From NCBI RefSeq assembly GCF_006345805.1, contig NC_042997.1, forward strand, positions 119,288,001-119,352,000: a stretch of DNA of 64,000 nucleotides, written 5' to 3'. Within the stretch, counting starts at the first letter, position 1. Every line of letters begins with the position of its first letter. Source of the DNA: Octopus sinensis (Eukaryota). The notes under the pieces were generated by a model that saw only the letters and a program-made list of their open reading frames with translations, did not search any database and was not told the DNA's origin. Positions 51,874 through 64,000 of the stretch are shown here, in pieces. The translations under genes and the position numbers were made by a program.

Positions 51874-54200
51874 GATCCCCAACTTCTGGTTGAAATATCT
51901 AACAGGAATGCACAAAAAGCTGGCTGAAAACTTTAACAACATACTAGCAGAGCCAGAGACAATGCCTGAATGGCTCACGAAGGGGAAAACCATCTTAATT
52001 CCCAAATCAAATGAAACAGAAAAACCAGAAAACTACAGACCAATAACCTGCCTCCCTACTATGTTCAAGGCATTTACTGCAGTGATATCGCAAAGGCTGA
52101 ACAAGCACCTGGACGAAAACAAACTGTTCCCAGAAGAGCAGAAAGGCTGTAAAGATCAACTAATGATTAATAAAGCCATAACTGAAGACAGCCACAGAAA
52201 GAAGAAAGGCCTCAGTATGGCCTGGATTGACTACAAAATGGCGTTTGATAGCATCCCCCACACATGGATCCTCGAAATACTAGCCATTAACAAAGTAGCA
52301 CCAACAATTATAAAATTCATAGAGCACTCTATGAATAAATGGCAAACAGTCCTACAGCTCCAAACAAAAGAGGGACTCATGAAAACCAAAGACATCCCCA
52401 TTAGAAGAGGAATATTCCAGGGAGACACGCTCTCGCCACTCCTTTTATGCTTGGCACTATCACCTCTATCTGATATACTAAATAGAACTGGATGCGGATA
52501 TAAATGTTACGGCAAAACGATCAGCCACCTTTTATATATGGATGACCTAAAACTATACGCTGCAAATGACAAACAGCTGGAAACACTATTAAAGACAGTT
52601 CATGGATTTACCAAAGAAATAGATATGAAATTTGGATTAGAAAAATGCGCCAAAGTAACCATGAAAAGAGGAAAACTAGTTAAGAGTAACAACATCACAC
52701 TAGATAAAACCAATGAAATAAAAGAATTAGACCAAAGCCAAACTTACAAATACTTAGGAATCCATGAACTAGATAAGACACAACACACACAAATGAAAGA
52801 GAAAATTAAAAAAGAATATTATAGACGAGTTAGATCAATACTAAAAACAGAGCTCAATGCTAAAACAAGATAATATGTATCAACACTTTAGCTGTCCCAG
52901 TTATAAGTTACAGCTACAATATCCTTAACTGGACACGAAATGAACTGACCAAAATAGATAGGAAAACAAGAAAAATAATGACAGGATCTAGGATGCATCA
53001 CCCAAAATCTGACATAGAAAGACTATATATACAACGTATAGAAGGTGGTAGATGCCTTATACAGCTGGAAAACTACTATAAAATAACCACCATAGGACTG
53101 CAAAAATATCTACTTCAGAAGGAAAGAAAACTGATCCAGATAGCGGCAAAACACGAGCAAAACAAAAAACTGTTCTCAGTATTTAAGGAAGCTGACAAAT
53201 ACAAACAAGAAATCATACCACCTAATAAACATGAAGAAGAAGAAGAAGAAGAAGAAGATGAAGAAACAACAAAAGCTATAAAACAAATGAAATCCAAACT
53301 AAAAATAGAACAGCAACGAACCATGATAAAACGATGGCAAGAAAAGCCCCTTCATGGTAAATAATGCACTAAACTAAACGCAAAAGAAATAGGCAAAGAA
53401 AAATCCCAGCAATGGTTGAGAAGCTCAGGACTCAAAGCAGAAACAGAGGGATTTTTAATTGCAGCACAAGACCAAAGCCTCCCCACCAGAAATTACCAAA
53501 AACATGTAATGAAAAGAAATATTACAAGTAACTGCAGAATATGTGGAGACGGACAAGAAACAATAAATCATATTATCTCTAGCTGCCCAGTCCTGGCTAA
53601 GAAGGAATATATTCACAGACATGACAGAGTTGGAACCTACATACATCGGAAGCTATGCCAACATTATGGAATAACAACAGAAAAAAGATGGTATAGGCAC
53701 ACACCAGAAAAGGTCACAGAAAACGAGAAAGCAACCATACTCTGGGATATGCCGATACACACAGATAGAGAAATTAAGGCCAACAGACCAGATATAGTTG
53801 TCAGAGATCATGAAGAAAAAAAATGCTTTCTAATTGATGTATCAATACCAGCAGATGACAACGTGTCTCTAAAAGAAATGGAGAAACTCTCAAAATACAA
53901 AGACCTGGAAATAGAGGTATCTAGAATGTGGAATCTGAAAACAGAAACAATTCCTATCATAGTAGGTGCATTAGGCATGATAAAAAAATATTCAGACAAA
54001 TACATAACAAAAACACCAGGACTTACAAACACATATAACATACAGAAAATTGCACTACTAGGCACTGCACACATCCTACGCAGAACACTTTCCATACAAT
54101 AACCATCAGAGCATCACAACAAATCACAGCATATACCCAAGGCACACAGATCTGCGCTCGGTAGTGAAGTGAAAGCACGCTATAAAAATAAAACTACTGA
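51872..54200 (+). mobile_element. R4/Dong-like LINE of a different subfamily, 5'-truncated (copy C), tandem to copy B
   Basis: Starts KIPNFWLKYL directly after the (AAT)n tail of copy B. RT YMDD; CRICGDGQETINHIISSC; RPDIVV. Frameshift at about 52865, in-frame TAA at 53362-53364, ORF end at 54102. The 3' UTR ends in (AAT)n. Confidence 0.93.
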
Positions 54201-55640
54201 ATAATAATAATAATAATAATATTAATAAAAATAATAATAATGGTAATAATAGGGATAATAAAAATAATACTAAAAATGATGATAACAATAATAATAATAA
54301 CAATAATAACAACATCGATATAAATATAAATAATGATAATAGCAATAACAGTAATGTAGGTAGTATAGGTATAAGTATGGTAGATGGGAATGATGGTGAA
54401 AATGGATTAATAAATAGTAACCCTATTTTGGATATCAATATGACTACTAAAATGAAAATAATACTAATAATAATAATACTAATAATATTTTAAATAACAG
54501 CAATTTGAGGGAACTATCCTTAAATGATTCCATATCTGAATATTATCCCCCAGTTATAATTGTAGGATCAGATCAAATTGTCCGGTATCTGGTCGTTGTT
54601 CGGTCCAAAACGTAGTTTATAATTGCACTATAATAACTTCTAACTTTTTTTTTATCTCGGGTAGCTTTTTTTTTTATCTCGGGTGTTCTGTTGATTTTAA
54701 ACGACGTCTTAACAACCATTTCTCCTCTTTTCGATTAAATCACAAGGCAGGTTGCACTACACTATCTAGCAACATTTGGGAACTTAAAACAAATAATGTA
54801 GGATACAATCTAAAATGGGACATAGTTAGAAGGGCAAAACCTTATAGAAATAGTAGAGCCGGCTGTCAACTCTGTTCTATGGAAACCTATGAAATTTTAA
54901 AGTATCGAAATAACAAAAATCTACTGAATAACCGTCTAGAGTTAGGAAAAATCTTGCATACATTCCACAACTAGAAAATGTAAATACTTTAAATAGAAAT
55001 TTAAGTATTGTTACATTTTCAAATTCTAACTTTTTAATATAATAATAATATGAGATATACTATACTAACCTTTAATTTACTTTCATAGTCGACTAGAATA
55101 ACTTCACTGTAATTTTGAATTTGGATCTTCCCCAAATCTATCCTAATTTTAAAATTTAATACTATTCCCCCAGTTATAAAATACGATACCTAATGTAAAT
55201 TAGGTGATAGGTTTGTTTCCCTGACCCTTTGTAATAGAATTTAATGACCTCTCGACATTGACCTATATTTTTTTTCTCACCATATAAAAAATCTGGCTTT
55301 TTGTTCTAGTGACAACCTGAATTCCCTTTATGTATTTTAAATTCTTCCTTTTTTCTGCAACTAACTTATATCCCTTTTACAGTATTCTATCACCTCCCCT
55401 TACCCAAATTCCTATAATTTAAAAAATTCTGATGGCTCTAAGTTGCAAGTAGGGTTTTGGTCAGTTAGTTTCTGAACTACGATCTCATATATTCCTTAGA
55501 ATTTAATGATCTTTCTATACTGACCTAATTTTCTTGTCACCACATAGATAGATTGACCTTTTGTTCTAGTGACAACTTGAAAATTCTTTTACATATCCTG
55601 AATTTCCACCTCTTTTCTGCAACTAACTTGAATTCTTTAC
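54200..55640 (+). mobile_element. PLE GIY-YIG half plus downstream non-coding region (probably the 3' half of PLE #2)
   Basis: Asn-rich linker, then NCRIRSNCPVSGRCSVQNVVYNC...YLGCSVDFKRRLNNHFSSFR...LSSNIWELK..YNLKWDIVRRAKPY....CQLCSMETYEIL...LLNNRLE at about 54560-54945, with small frameshifts. Confidence 0.85.
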
Positions 55641-55734
55641 CTGCCCTTACCCTAATCCTTATATATATATATATACATATATATATAAAATATGAAAAAA
55701 AAGTATGATTCCTTTGCCCCCTTTTTTTCTCTCT

Positions 55735-56175
55735 CTTCTCTCACGTGACCGCTGGTCAAACAGCCTTTATGCTTCCAACCAACGCCACGAGAACATCGTT
55801 GTCTTCGTCTGCCGAAAAAGGCATTTTTTTCCAAATACGCCAGCTAAACTAAGTTGTACTGTCTATAGTCGTAAGACACCCGCTGTTTTTGTCCTGTTAT
55901 TACTATTATTGTTTTTTGTATTTATATTCGTGTGGCATCGTCCGTCTTTCTGTCCTTGTTTCGTATACATTCGATCCTTTTCCCAAGAAATCTAATGCTC
56001 GTAGCTTAGTTTTTCCTTGGGGCTGCCCGGATCGGAGCGATCTCAAGATTAATCAGCCGAAATTGCGAGGTTGATCCGGTTCTTGACTGTAGATTGAAGG
56101 CTTCGAATGTCCCGTCCGTGTTTTTTATATCGTCTTCGAAATGTTTTACGTTCTTGTCCCAGTTTGTATTTTTCT
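55735..56175 (+). mobile_element. Probable non-coding PLE-type pseudo-LTR or other interspersed repeat fragment
   Basis: Bounded by TA-rich tracts. Its composition and TG-rich end resemble 5951-6554. No ORF with recognisable motifs. Confidence 0.3.
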
Positions 56176-56368
56176 ACATATAATATATATATATATATTA
56201 TATTAATTATATTTATATTATTTGTTATTTATGTATTGGTTTAAGTCTATCACTGTTTGAGTTGCCTAATAGTGGTTTTATCTCTAATTCATATTTTATA
56301 TATCTATACTGTGAAATTTGATTTAATACTAAATCTAATTTTCCCTGTAAGTTTGGAGCCATACTCCC

Positions 56369-56427
<59 letters not shown>

Positions 56428-57249
56428 TGGTGGGGCTTTTTTCATTCTTATAATTCTTGTTTTAACTCAATAGAATCGTTATTCCTGGGCACTTTCTTTG
56501 CTGAATCGCTTGATTACAGGAACAAGGCAACATCTATTGTCCCACATTTGAAAAGATATTCCACACAGACAGCTGTGCCTGAGTTTATACATATATATAT
56601 AGATACAAAAACACATATATCTATACACACACAAACGCGTATGCACTTTAATATGTAAGTTCTCTTCAGGATCCAAGTGCACGAACATAGTAAGTACCCA
56701 GCACTTATAAGTCTAGATTATTATTATTTTTAACCAAGTGGTCATCATTTGCCAATGACGATAGGACTGGCCAGACGTATTTTCATACAACATCATCCTC
56801 CAATATTTATGAAGTATCACTACTTGTACGATTAATTTATGTGTATGGAATTCCGAGTAAAACCGGAGTAGCAAAATTATTCAGGCAAGTGCACAGAAAA
56901 GCTAAAACAAAAACAGTATAAGATCTACATAGAATATTAAGTGCTCTTCCTTTCGCTTCAACAGATCCTGCAAACGCACAAAGCAGCATACACGCTTTAA
57001 GTATAAATATACATGAACACACACATACACATACACACACAGAATACCATGAACAAATTTCGTTCCGCGCGTTTCTTTATTTGATCTCATTTTCATCGAA
57101 ACGCAATTTAATCAAAATCCACACCATGCTTGCGAGATCGTATTCGGCTTCCATCATTATTTCTTTATTCGAAATCAGCTGATCACGAAAATTGCCTCAC
57201 TATCTATAGAAGCATGGCAGCGTTCATTACCTGCATGAATTTCACACAT

Positions 57250-57960
57250 ATTTTACTAGAATTTCGGGAGTTATTTTCATTGCCTTTCATATTTATCATG
57301 TGCAGAAATTGCGCAGTACCTCATATCTCTTATCCTTATCAGTTTTATCCTCCTTTGTACGGCCACACATCAAATACTGCTGCCTCTTGTGGTCTCCCCA
57401 TACAAAACAAAACATCTCGAAGATTGAATCACCCCTGATGGCACTCACTAAATGAATTGGAGGCATGACTGATCTTGATTACTTGGACCAGCTTAAAGTC
57501 TTGAAACTCTACTCTCTCCAGCGCCGCCGTGAGCGGTACATAATTTGTATGATGCGGAGAATATACCGTCAGAATTTCCCAAATGACCTGAACATTAGTT
57601 TCTAGGCTCATCCAAGGCTGGGACCATGGGCCATACGTCCCCTGCCCAAATCTGGATCACAACATATAGGTATACTGCGACATAATTTCTTTTCCTCACC
57701 AGACCCTGCCCTGTTTAACATTGTCCCAACACTGACTAAAGAGGAAAAGTATCCTATCACATTTAAACGGTGTCTGGACAGATTTCTTCAAGGAATACCA
57801 GATAAGCCACCCATGCCTGGACACAACTCACTCAACAAGAACTCACTACATGAATGGAAAATAAACAAAACCTGAGTTAAAAAGGATTTAGATAATCCTA
57901 TCAGGTGGTGCTATTAACTTAGACATGGCCTGGACCAATCTTTGGTTGAAACATATCTAA
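57250..57960 (+). mobile_element. CR1/L2-clade LINE 3' fragment
   Basis: FVRPHIKYCCLLWSPH...IES...IGGMTDLDYLDQLKVLKLYSLQRRRERY...LFNIVP...FKRCLDRFLQGIPDKP. Confidence 0.85.
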
Positions 57961-59196
57961 GTTTTATTTAAGTTTTAATTACTCGCCTGTGTGCACATTG
58001 GCTAGGTGAGTGTACACAGGCATTCACATCAAAACCTTATATATTTGTATGTTTCTGCGTTTATGTAAATATATAAGTATTTGGAGTATTTTATTTTTAT
58101 TACAAATTACAAACGAGCGTGTGAACTGGTACTTGAGGCTGAAAAGTACTGAGTCCAACATTGTATTTTACGGTACCGCTTATTCCAACGAATAAACTGT
58201 TTGAATAATGTACGGCCCAGATCTACGTTAAATATAGATTCATTCCTTATATAACAAACAAACTCAACTATGCAGCCGTTACACTTACACACACGTATCA
58301 CACAAATTTTGTTTTCAAACCTTATGATATAAATGGTACATTTCTGTTTGTTGCCAAAAAAGACATTAATAGCTACCATGTTTATCTTTTTTTTATAAGA
58401 CATTTGCAATGCTGGAATACCATATGAATAGTATCTACAAGTGAATAATAATATTCGATTAGATTTCGATCTAATCCACTACTAGATTTTTGTAATCAGA
58501 ATAAGTCGAATGCTATTAAACAAAATGGCGTGTTGAGTATGCCACATCAAGACAGTTCATTATTTAATACTTGTTGCGAGTTTTAATTATCTCTTGATTA
58601 TTTAATGCAATTAACTGCTATTGTCTCTTTTTGTAACTGTCAGCTGTCTTCTTGTTTCTCACTAAAACTTTTGATATTTTCTTTAACTTTGAATAAAACC
58701 GAATACCATCAAATCAATTTACTTAATGAAAATAATCTGTCATGGAACAAAGTTAGTGGAAAGTCATATTAAATAGCTCCTTATATTTAGCCCCTGTCAT
58801 TTCACGTTTCTATATGAATTTATTTGTGTTTCCTTTGCTTTGATCATTTAGGAGACATAAATATATGTATAAGTAGAAATACAATAATAATAGTGAATAG
58901 AATATTAAGTTAAAAATAAAAATGCATTTCATGGGCCTCGAAGACACATCGGTAAATATAAGTGATAATCTAGCCTCTAAACACAACCATATTTATGGAG
59001 GATATGGTTTCGCATCCCATAGTAGACTTAGGCCTGGCTTTTATTAATCTAATTTTTTACAGGCTACTGGCAATATATTTATCTATTTCGAGGTCCAACA
59101 TTGAAAACCAATTACGAATTATTCCTTGTTTCCCGAAATTTCTAAATTCTCACCATACACACACGTATACATACATACATACATACATAAATACAT

Positions 59197-59313
<117 letters not shown>

Positions 59314-59314
59314 G

Positions 59315-60215
59315 ATTATTTGCCAACATAATGTGCGAGTACTGGTTAGGACAAATATTACTGTTACTTAGCCCCAGAGATCATCGTCTGAAACTGGCTA
59401 TACGACGCACTATCTGTGACCCTATATTTCCCGACATGTTTGTTTAGCCTCCCCACTGAGCAAAAACCAACATCTGCATACCGCGTTTCCTGGGTTATTT
59501 CTCTTCGTCAAGACAGAATAAATGCTAAACTCTTGTTCCAAATACATACTTTTCAAAGTGACACACAATTACAGATCCAATAAATATAAAAAATATTTCT
59601 AAATTCCTCAATGAGAAACAGTCCATAACAGTACTCTAGAGTAAACATTATTTGCCAACATAATGGTTACGATGAATGTTATTGTTATTTATCCCCAGGA
59701 AACATCTCCAGCTGGCTATGCGACACACTATCTGTGTCATTATATTTTTGAATCGGAGAACCTAGCACTCTCACTCAGTACGAAGTAATATCCGTGCATC
59801 GCGGTTTCTGAGTCATTTCCTTTCGTCAGCATAGAATAACTGCTTGTTTAGAGTACAGTTACTAAGTGACTCGCGTTGAGAGATTTAGAAATGATTATTC
59901 TATTTATCAGAACAGAGATTTTGTGTCAGTTTGAAAATTATATATTTCGAACGAGAGTTTAGAAGCGCCATTTCTCGCCATGCAGAAACCGCGGTATGCA
60001 GATATTACTTTATGCTGAGTGGTCATGATAAACTCCTTTATTCGAAAATATAAAGTCACTTCGTGCCATACAGCCAGCTGGAGACAACATTTTCTGGGGC
60101 TAAATAACAGTAATATTCATCCTAACAAGCACAGTCCTATTATGTTTGGCAAATAACCTTTACTCTAGAGTACTATTACTAAACGTCACTCGTTGAGAGG
60201 TTTGGAAATAAGAAT
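59315..60215. repeat. Three diverged copies of an approximately 200-330-bp unit: two direct, one inverted
   Basis: attatttgccaacataat occurs at 59315 and 59647 (period 332) and inverted at 60139-60156. The shared palindrome tactctagagta occurs at about 59632 and 60161. Confidence 0.75.
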
Positions 60216-60225
60216 TGATACATAT

Positions 60226-60317
<92 letters not shown>

Positions 60318-60337
60318 TTATATAGAAATACATACAT

Positions 60338-60756
60338 AGGCACTGGAGTGACTGTGTGGTAAGTAGCTTGTTTACCAACCACATGGTTCCGCGTTCCGTC
60401 CCACTGCGTGCCACCTTAGGCAAGTGTTTCTACTATAGCCTCGGGCCGACCAAAGCCTTGTGAGTGGATTTGGTAGACGGAAACTGAATGAAGCCCGTCG
60501 TATATATGTATATATATATATATATGTGTGCGTGTATGTTTGTCTGTCTGTGTTCGTCCCCCTAGCATTGCTTGACAACCGATGCTGGTGTGTTTATGTC
60601 CCCGACACTTAGCGGTGCGGCAAAAGAGACCGATAGAACAAGTACTGGGCGTACAAAGAAGAAGTCCCGGGGTCGAGTTGCTCTATTAAAGGCGGTGCTC
60701 CAGCATGGCCACAGTCAAATGACTGAAACAAATAAAAGAGTAAAAGAGTAAAGAGG
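60338..60756 (+). mobile_element. Full-length tRNA-derived SINE (least diverged copy)
   Basis: aggcactggagtgactgtgtggtaagtagcttg...ccactgcgtgccaccttaggcaagtg...cagtcaaatgactgaaacaaataaaagagtaaaagagtaaaag. Confidence 0.9.
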
Positions 60757-60758
60757 GA

Positions 60759-60813
<55 letters not shown>

Positions 60814-60831
60814 CTATATAAATATATATGT

Positions 60832-61772
60832 GACCGGTCAATTCATCAACGGTAATCTGTTGTCGTTTAATTCATCTCCATTGTTAGTGAATTCGTCGAG
60901 ATCATAGAAAAATGGAAGAACGAATATCTGAAGTAAAATAACGTCATTTATTTTAAGGCTTGCTGTATTACATATTTATTTTTTCTTAAAATTTAAGATC
61001 GTGTGCAAGTGCTATTAGAAAAATAATTTTGGGGTTTGGATCATATTTTCCATGACATATTTTATGCGCAGGGCATATCTCTGAATTTGTTTCTTTTGGC
61101 TTGGTTATTATTGCATGAACTTCTGCAATTTGGTACTGGCAAACCTTTTCTCACATTCAACATATCCATATGTTTCCAAATATTTGGAAGACTAATATTC
61201 TCTGTGTTTTCAGAGCACTGTGATAAGCTTCTAAATTATTTGTAGTACGAGCAAACCACGTCATACATCGATCCCAAACATTCCATATAGATAATGGAAA
61301 TGGAAGTTCAAGGCGTCGCCTCCTTTGTCCTCTGCCTCTAGGTGGGCCTATATAATCATTTTCAAAATAGAATAAGGCTGATTCTGGAATACCCACATCA
61401 CTACAAGTTGTTGATAACTTTGTAGAACTTCATCAACCGGCAGGGAAGCAAGGGTAACAAAACACCGCATTTTAAGACTGAAACTCTCATCTTCGTGACA
61501 TCTGCATTTTCGTCTTTCTTGCACAAAATGCTTGTACACATTTGGTCCTAAATGAAACAAGCTTCATGCCAAATTCGATTCAGAAAACAGTTTCAGAAAT
61601 CCGTTATGGGCTGTTGTTTCAAAATCTATAGTTATATTTTCGAGCCACTCAATCTGTAGTAATTCATTTATTTTGGCAAAATGTCTACTATGTGTTTCTT
61701 GACTTTTGTCTGAGAATAACCCGAACAATCGTGGAGCATTAAAATTATCAATGTGAATGTGAAGTATGTGGG
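60832..61772 (-). mobile_element. MULE (Mutator-like) transposase relic
   Basis: APRLFGLFSDKSQETHSRHF...IDFETTAHNGF...FHLGPNV...FENDYIG...FPLSIWNVWDR...RTTNNLEAYHSAL. These are the DFE, FH and RTNN..E motifs of MULE DDE domains. Confidence 0.8.
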
Positions 61773-61774
61773 TC

Positions 61775-62739
61775 ATTCTGAAGGTGGACATAGCGTAAAA
61801 TCGCAGAAAACCTTGGGATCCCACTTTCTACAGTTAATATGTTGATTTGCAATTCACCAGATAGGGGAATGAGACAACATCCCCTCGCCCAGATCAACCA
61901 GGGCCCTCTGACAGGATTATTCTCTTTGTTAAGGGAAGTGTGGAGGATTATCCTCCTTGCAAGGCCTCTGACATAGCAGGTCAAGTTGATGTCAGTCGCA
62001 AAACAGCTGTCATGTATTTCCACAAAGTTGATTACTATGCCAGAGCAGCACGAAAGAAGCCACTTCTTCGACCATCTAAGATCAAGCGGAGAAAAGATTG
62101 GGCCAGTGAGATGGTGGAGAGACCACTTGCACTTTGGCTCATTCTGATGAGTCCATATTTGTTGTATTTACTGAGAGCGGTTGAATGTGGCTCTAGAATT
62201 TGATGTGAAAAGATTGCAGCCAACAATGAAATACGGCAGATATTCTTTGATGACCTAGAGAGCAATTTGAAAGAATGGTTGATTAGAGCTGGTAGAGTGT
62301 GAAGAAAACGTAAACGCAGGCAAACGTCTCCATATTGTAGAAATGACTCTTTCCCAACTTCTCTAGCTGGTGAAATGATTAAAGAAGACTTTATTTATGG
62401 AAGATGGTGCTCCTCGTCACATGGCTAAAACGACCCAAGAATTTCTGAAAGAGAATGCCATTAAAAAGATTCCATGGCCAAACTAGTCAACAAATGTGAA
62501 CCCTATTGAACAGCTCTGGGACAGAATGGACAGGGCACGTCATAAAAAGAGCAAGCAAGCATCTTCAAGGCCAGATCTTTTGAGATTATTGCATGATACA
62601 AGGCAAGAAATTCCGCAAGACAATATTCGGTATCTGATCAGTCGACTAAATACTAAGTATTCACACTATAACAATTAGTAAATAACTTGAATGCATAATT
62701 TCAATGAATATAAGGGTGTCTACTTCTATCATGTCTGTG
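61775..62739 (+). mobile_element. Tc1-like transposase relic lacking its left end
   Basis: RKIAENLGIPLSTVN, ARAARKKPLLRPSKIKRRKDWA, FMEDGAPRH, WPN*STNVNPIEQLW. A possible right TIR ends gtg|TA at 62739-62741. Confidence 0.8.
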
Positions 62740-63504
62740 TATATGTTTATATGTATATTAAAATGCAGGTTCAAAGAGTATCACCTGCCACAATGCCAAT
62801 TCTCTGTCGTGCGTTGTACATCTAGGGGTGTATTATCTAATATTCTTTCTCACATTTTGGGTCTCTTCCTTTGTATTTGGAGAGTTATTCCACGGATATT
62901 TCTTCTTTATTGAGTGGTGAGCGTAATGAACTTATGAAAGCCTTGCATTAACACAGGTAAATATACAAAGCTAATTATTTATTTCGTAATGAGGTTCTTA
63001 TTTTAGTGATTGTAATTAAGTGAAAGAGAATTTGAAACTAAACGAAAAATATATTTTCGACCGGTCGTTAACAAAGAGAATTTTCTTTTCGTTTTAATGA
63101 CAACTGGTTACAGCTATAAAGGCATTTCTAGCGTAAGAAGGAGAACGGGGCTGATGAATTTGTGATGATGCAATAAATATTGCAGATATTAAAGAAAGAT
63201 ATTAAAGTAAGGCCTCCGTTCACTTTTAGCTTCTGCTCCTGTTTTCGCTATCAAATGTTTTCCGTATACATACTTGAAAATAGTCAAAAACTTTTAATAC
63301 AAAGGTAACAAATCTGTCCGATGGTACTTATTAACAATAGTTCTTAGAAACTTTGTGAATTATACAAACTCTTTGGGTTATACAGTACGGGGAAATACAT
63401 TACAACGTATTTATTGCAGGAACTAAGAAAACATCGATAACAAACCAACGCCGATGAAAACATAACCTCCCGCCTTGGCGGAGGTAATGAAAGAAATATA
63501 AAGT

Positions 63505-63547
<43 letters not shown>

Positions 63548-63566
63548 GTAGTTGTTGTTGTTGTTG

Positions 63567-63619
<53 letters not shown>

Positions 63620-63622
<3 letters not shown>

Positions 63623-63695
63623 TTATGTTTGACTTATGCTTTGCATTTGTACAAGTTTGCTCCAAGTCTCACCCAGGGACCTCAAGACACAAGTT
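63620..63695 (-). mobile_element. Isolated 3' UTR tip of the copy-D LINE family inside an (ATT)n tract
   Basis: The reverse complement cttgtgtcttgaggtccctgggtgagacttggagcaaacttgtacaaatgcaaagcataagtcaaacataaaataat matches 12428-12515. Confidence 0.75.
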
Positions 63696-63741
63696 ATTAT
63701 TATTATTTTTATCATTATTATTATTATTATCATCATCATCA

Positions 63742-63813
<72 letters not shown>

Positions 63814-63821
63814 TATTATTT

Positions 63822-64000
63822 ATGGTTTCCTGTCATTATAACTTTATTTCAGCTGCCTTAGTGCAGGGTATCCTCCAGAGGCCAAGAGTGGCAAGGACAG
63901 TTTTGATTTTTATCTTCCCCCTAGAGAAGGTGGATGTATTGTTTGCAGTCGTGTTTATTTCCTTGTTGATTGTCCGTGGAAAAGATATCTCAAGAACCGC
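63822..64000 (-). mobile_element. Probable LINE 3' UTR ending in (AAT)n; runs off the right edge
   Basis: Unique sequence abutting an (ATT)n tract on the plus strand, in the same geometry as the other Dong-like 3' ends. No ORF is available to confirm. Confidence 0.35.

Overview
This is AT-rich, microsatellite-saturated eukaryotic DNA. The SINE, LINE and microsatellite landscape looks cephalopod/Octopus-like (inference). It contains no confidently identifiable host gene, rRNA, genuine tRNA or CRISPR array; almost all coding signal comes from transposons. Retroelements: (1) the 3' half of an RTE-clade LINE with an open RT ORF running off the left edge; (2) four larger R4/Dong-like restriction-endonuclease LINE copies plus small fragments, all sitting in (AAT)n tracts, one near full length; (3) two Penelope-like elements (PLEs: RT + GIY-YIG) and several PLE pseudo-LTR fragments; (4) CR1/L2 relics and many tRNA-derived SINEs. 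DNA transposons: mariner, Tc1, MULE and Helitron-like relics, and a TA-flanked MITE. Highlights: an apparently intact minimal type I hammerhead ribozyme in a PLE pseudo-LTR (25100-25192, minus); a PLE with two divergent arms joined by microhomology switches; a second PLE apparently split about 7 kb apart because two Dong-like LINEs inserted into its poly-Asn-coding (AAT)n linker; the same 2-nt frameshift in two diverged Dong-like copies; and a possible heavily decayed LRR-TIR (Toll-like receptor) relic at about 6.8-9.2 kb. All calls were made by eye without database searches. Boundaries of degenerate elements are approximate.
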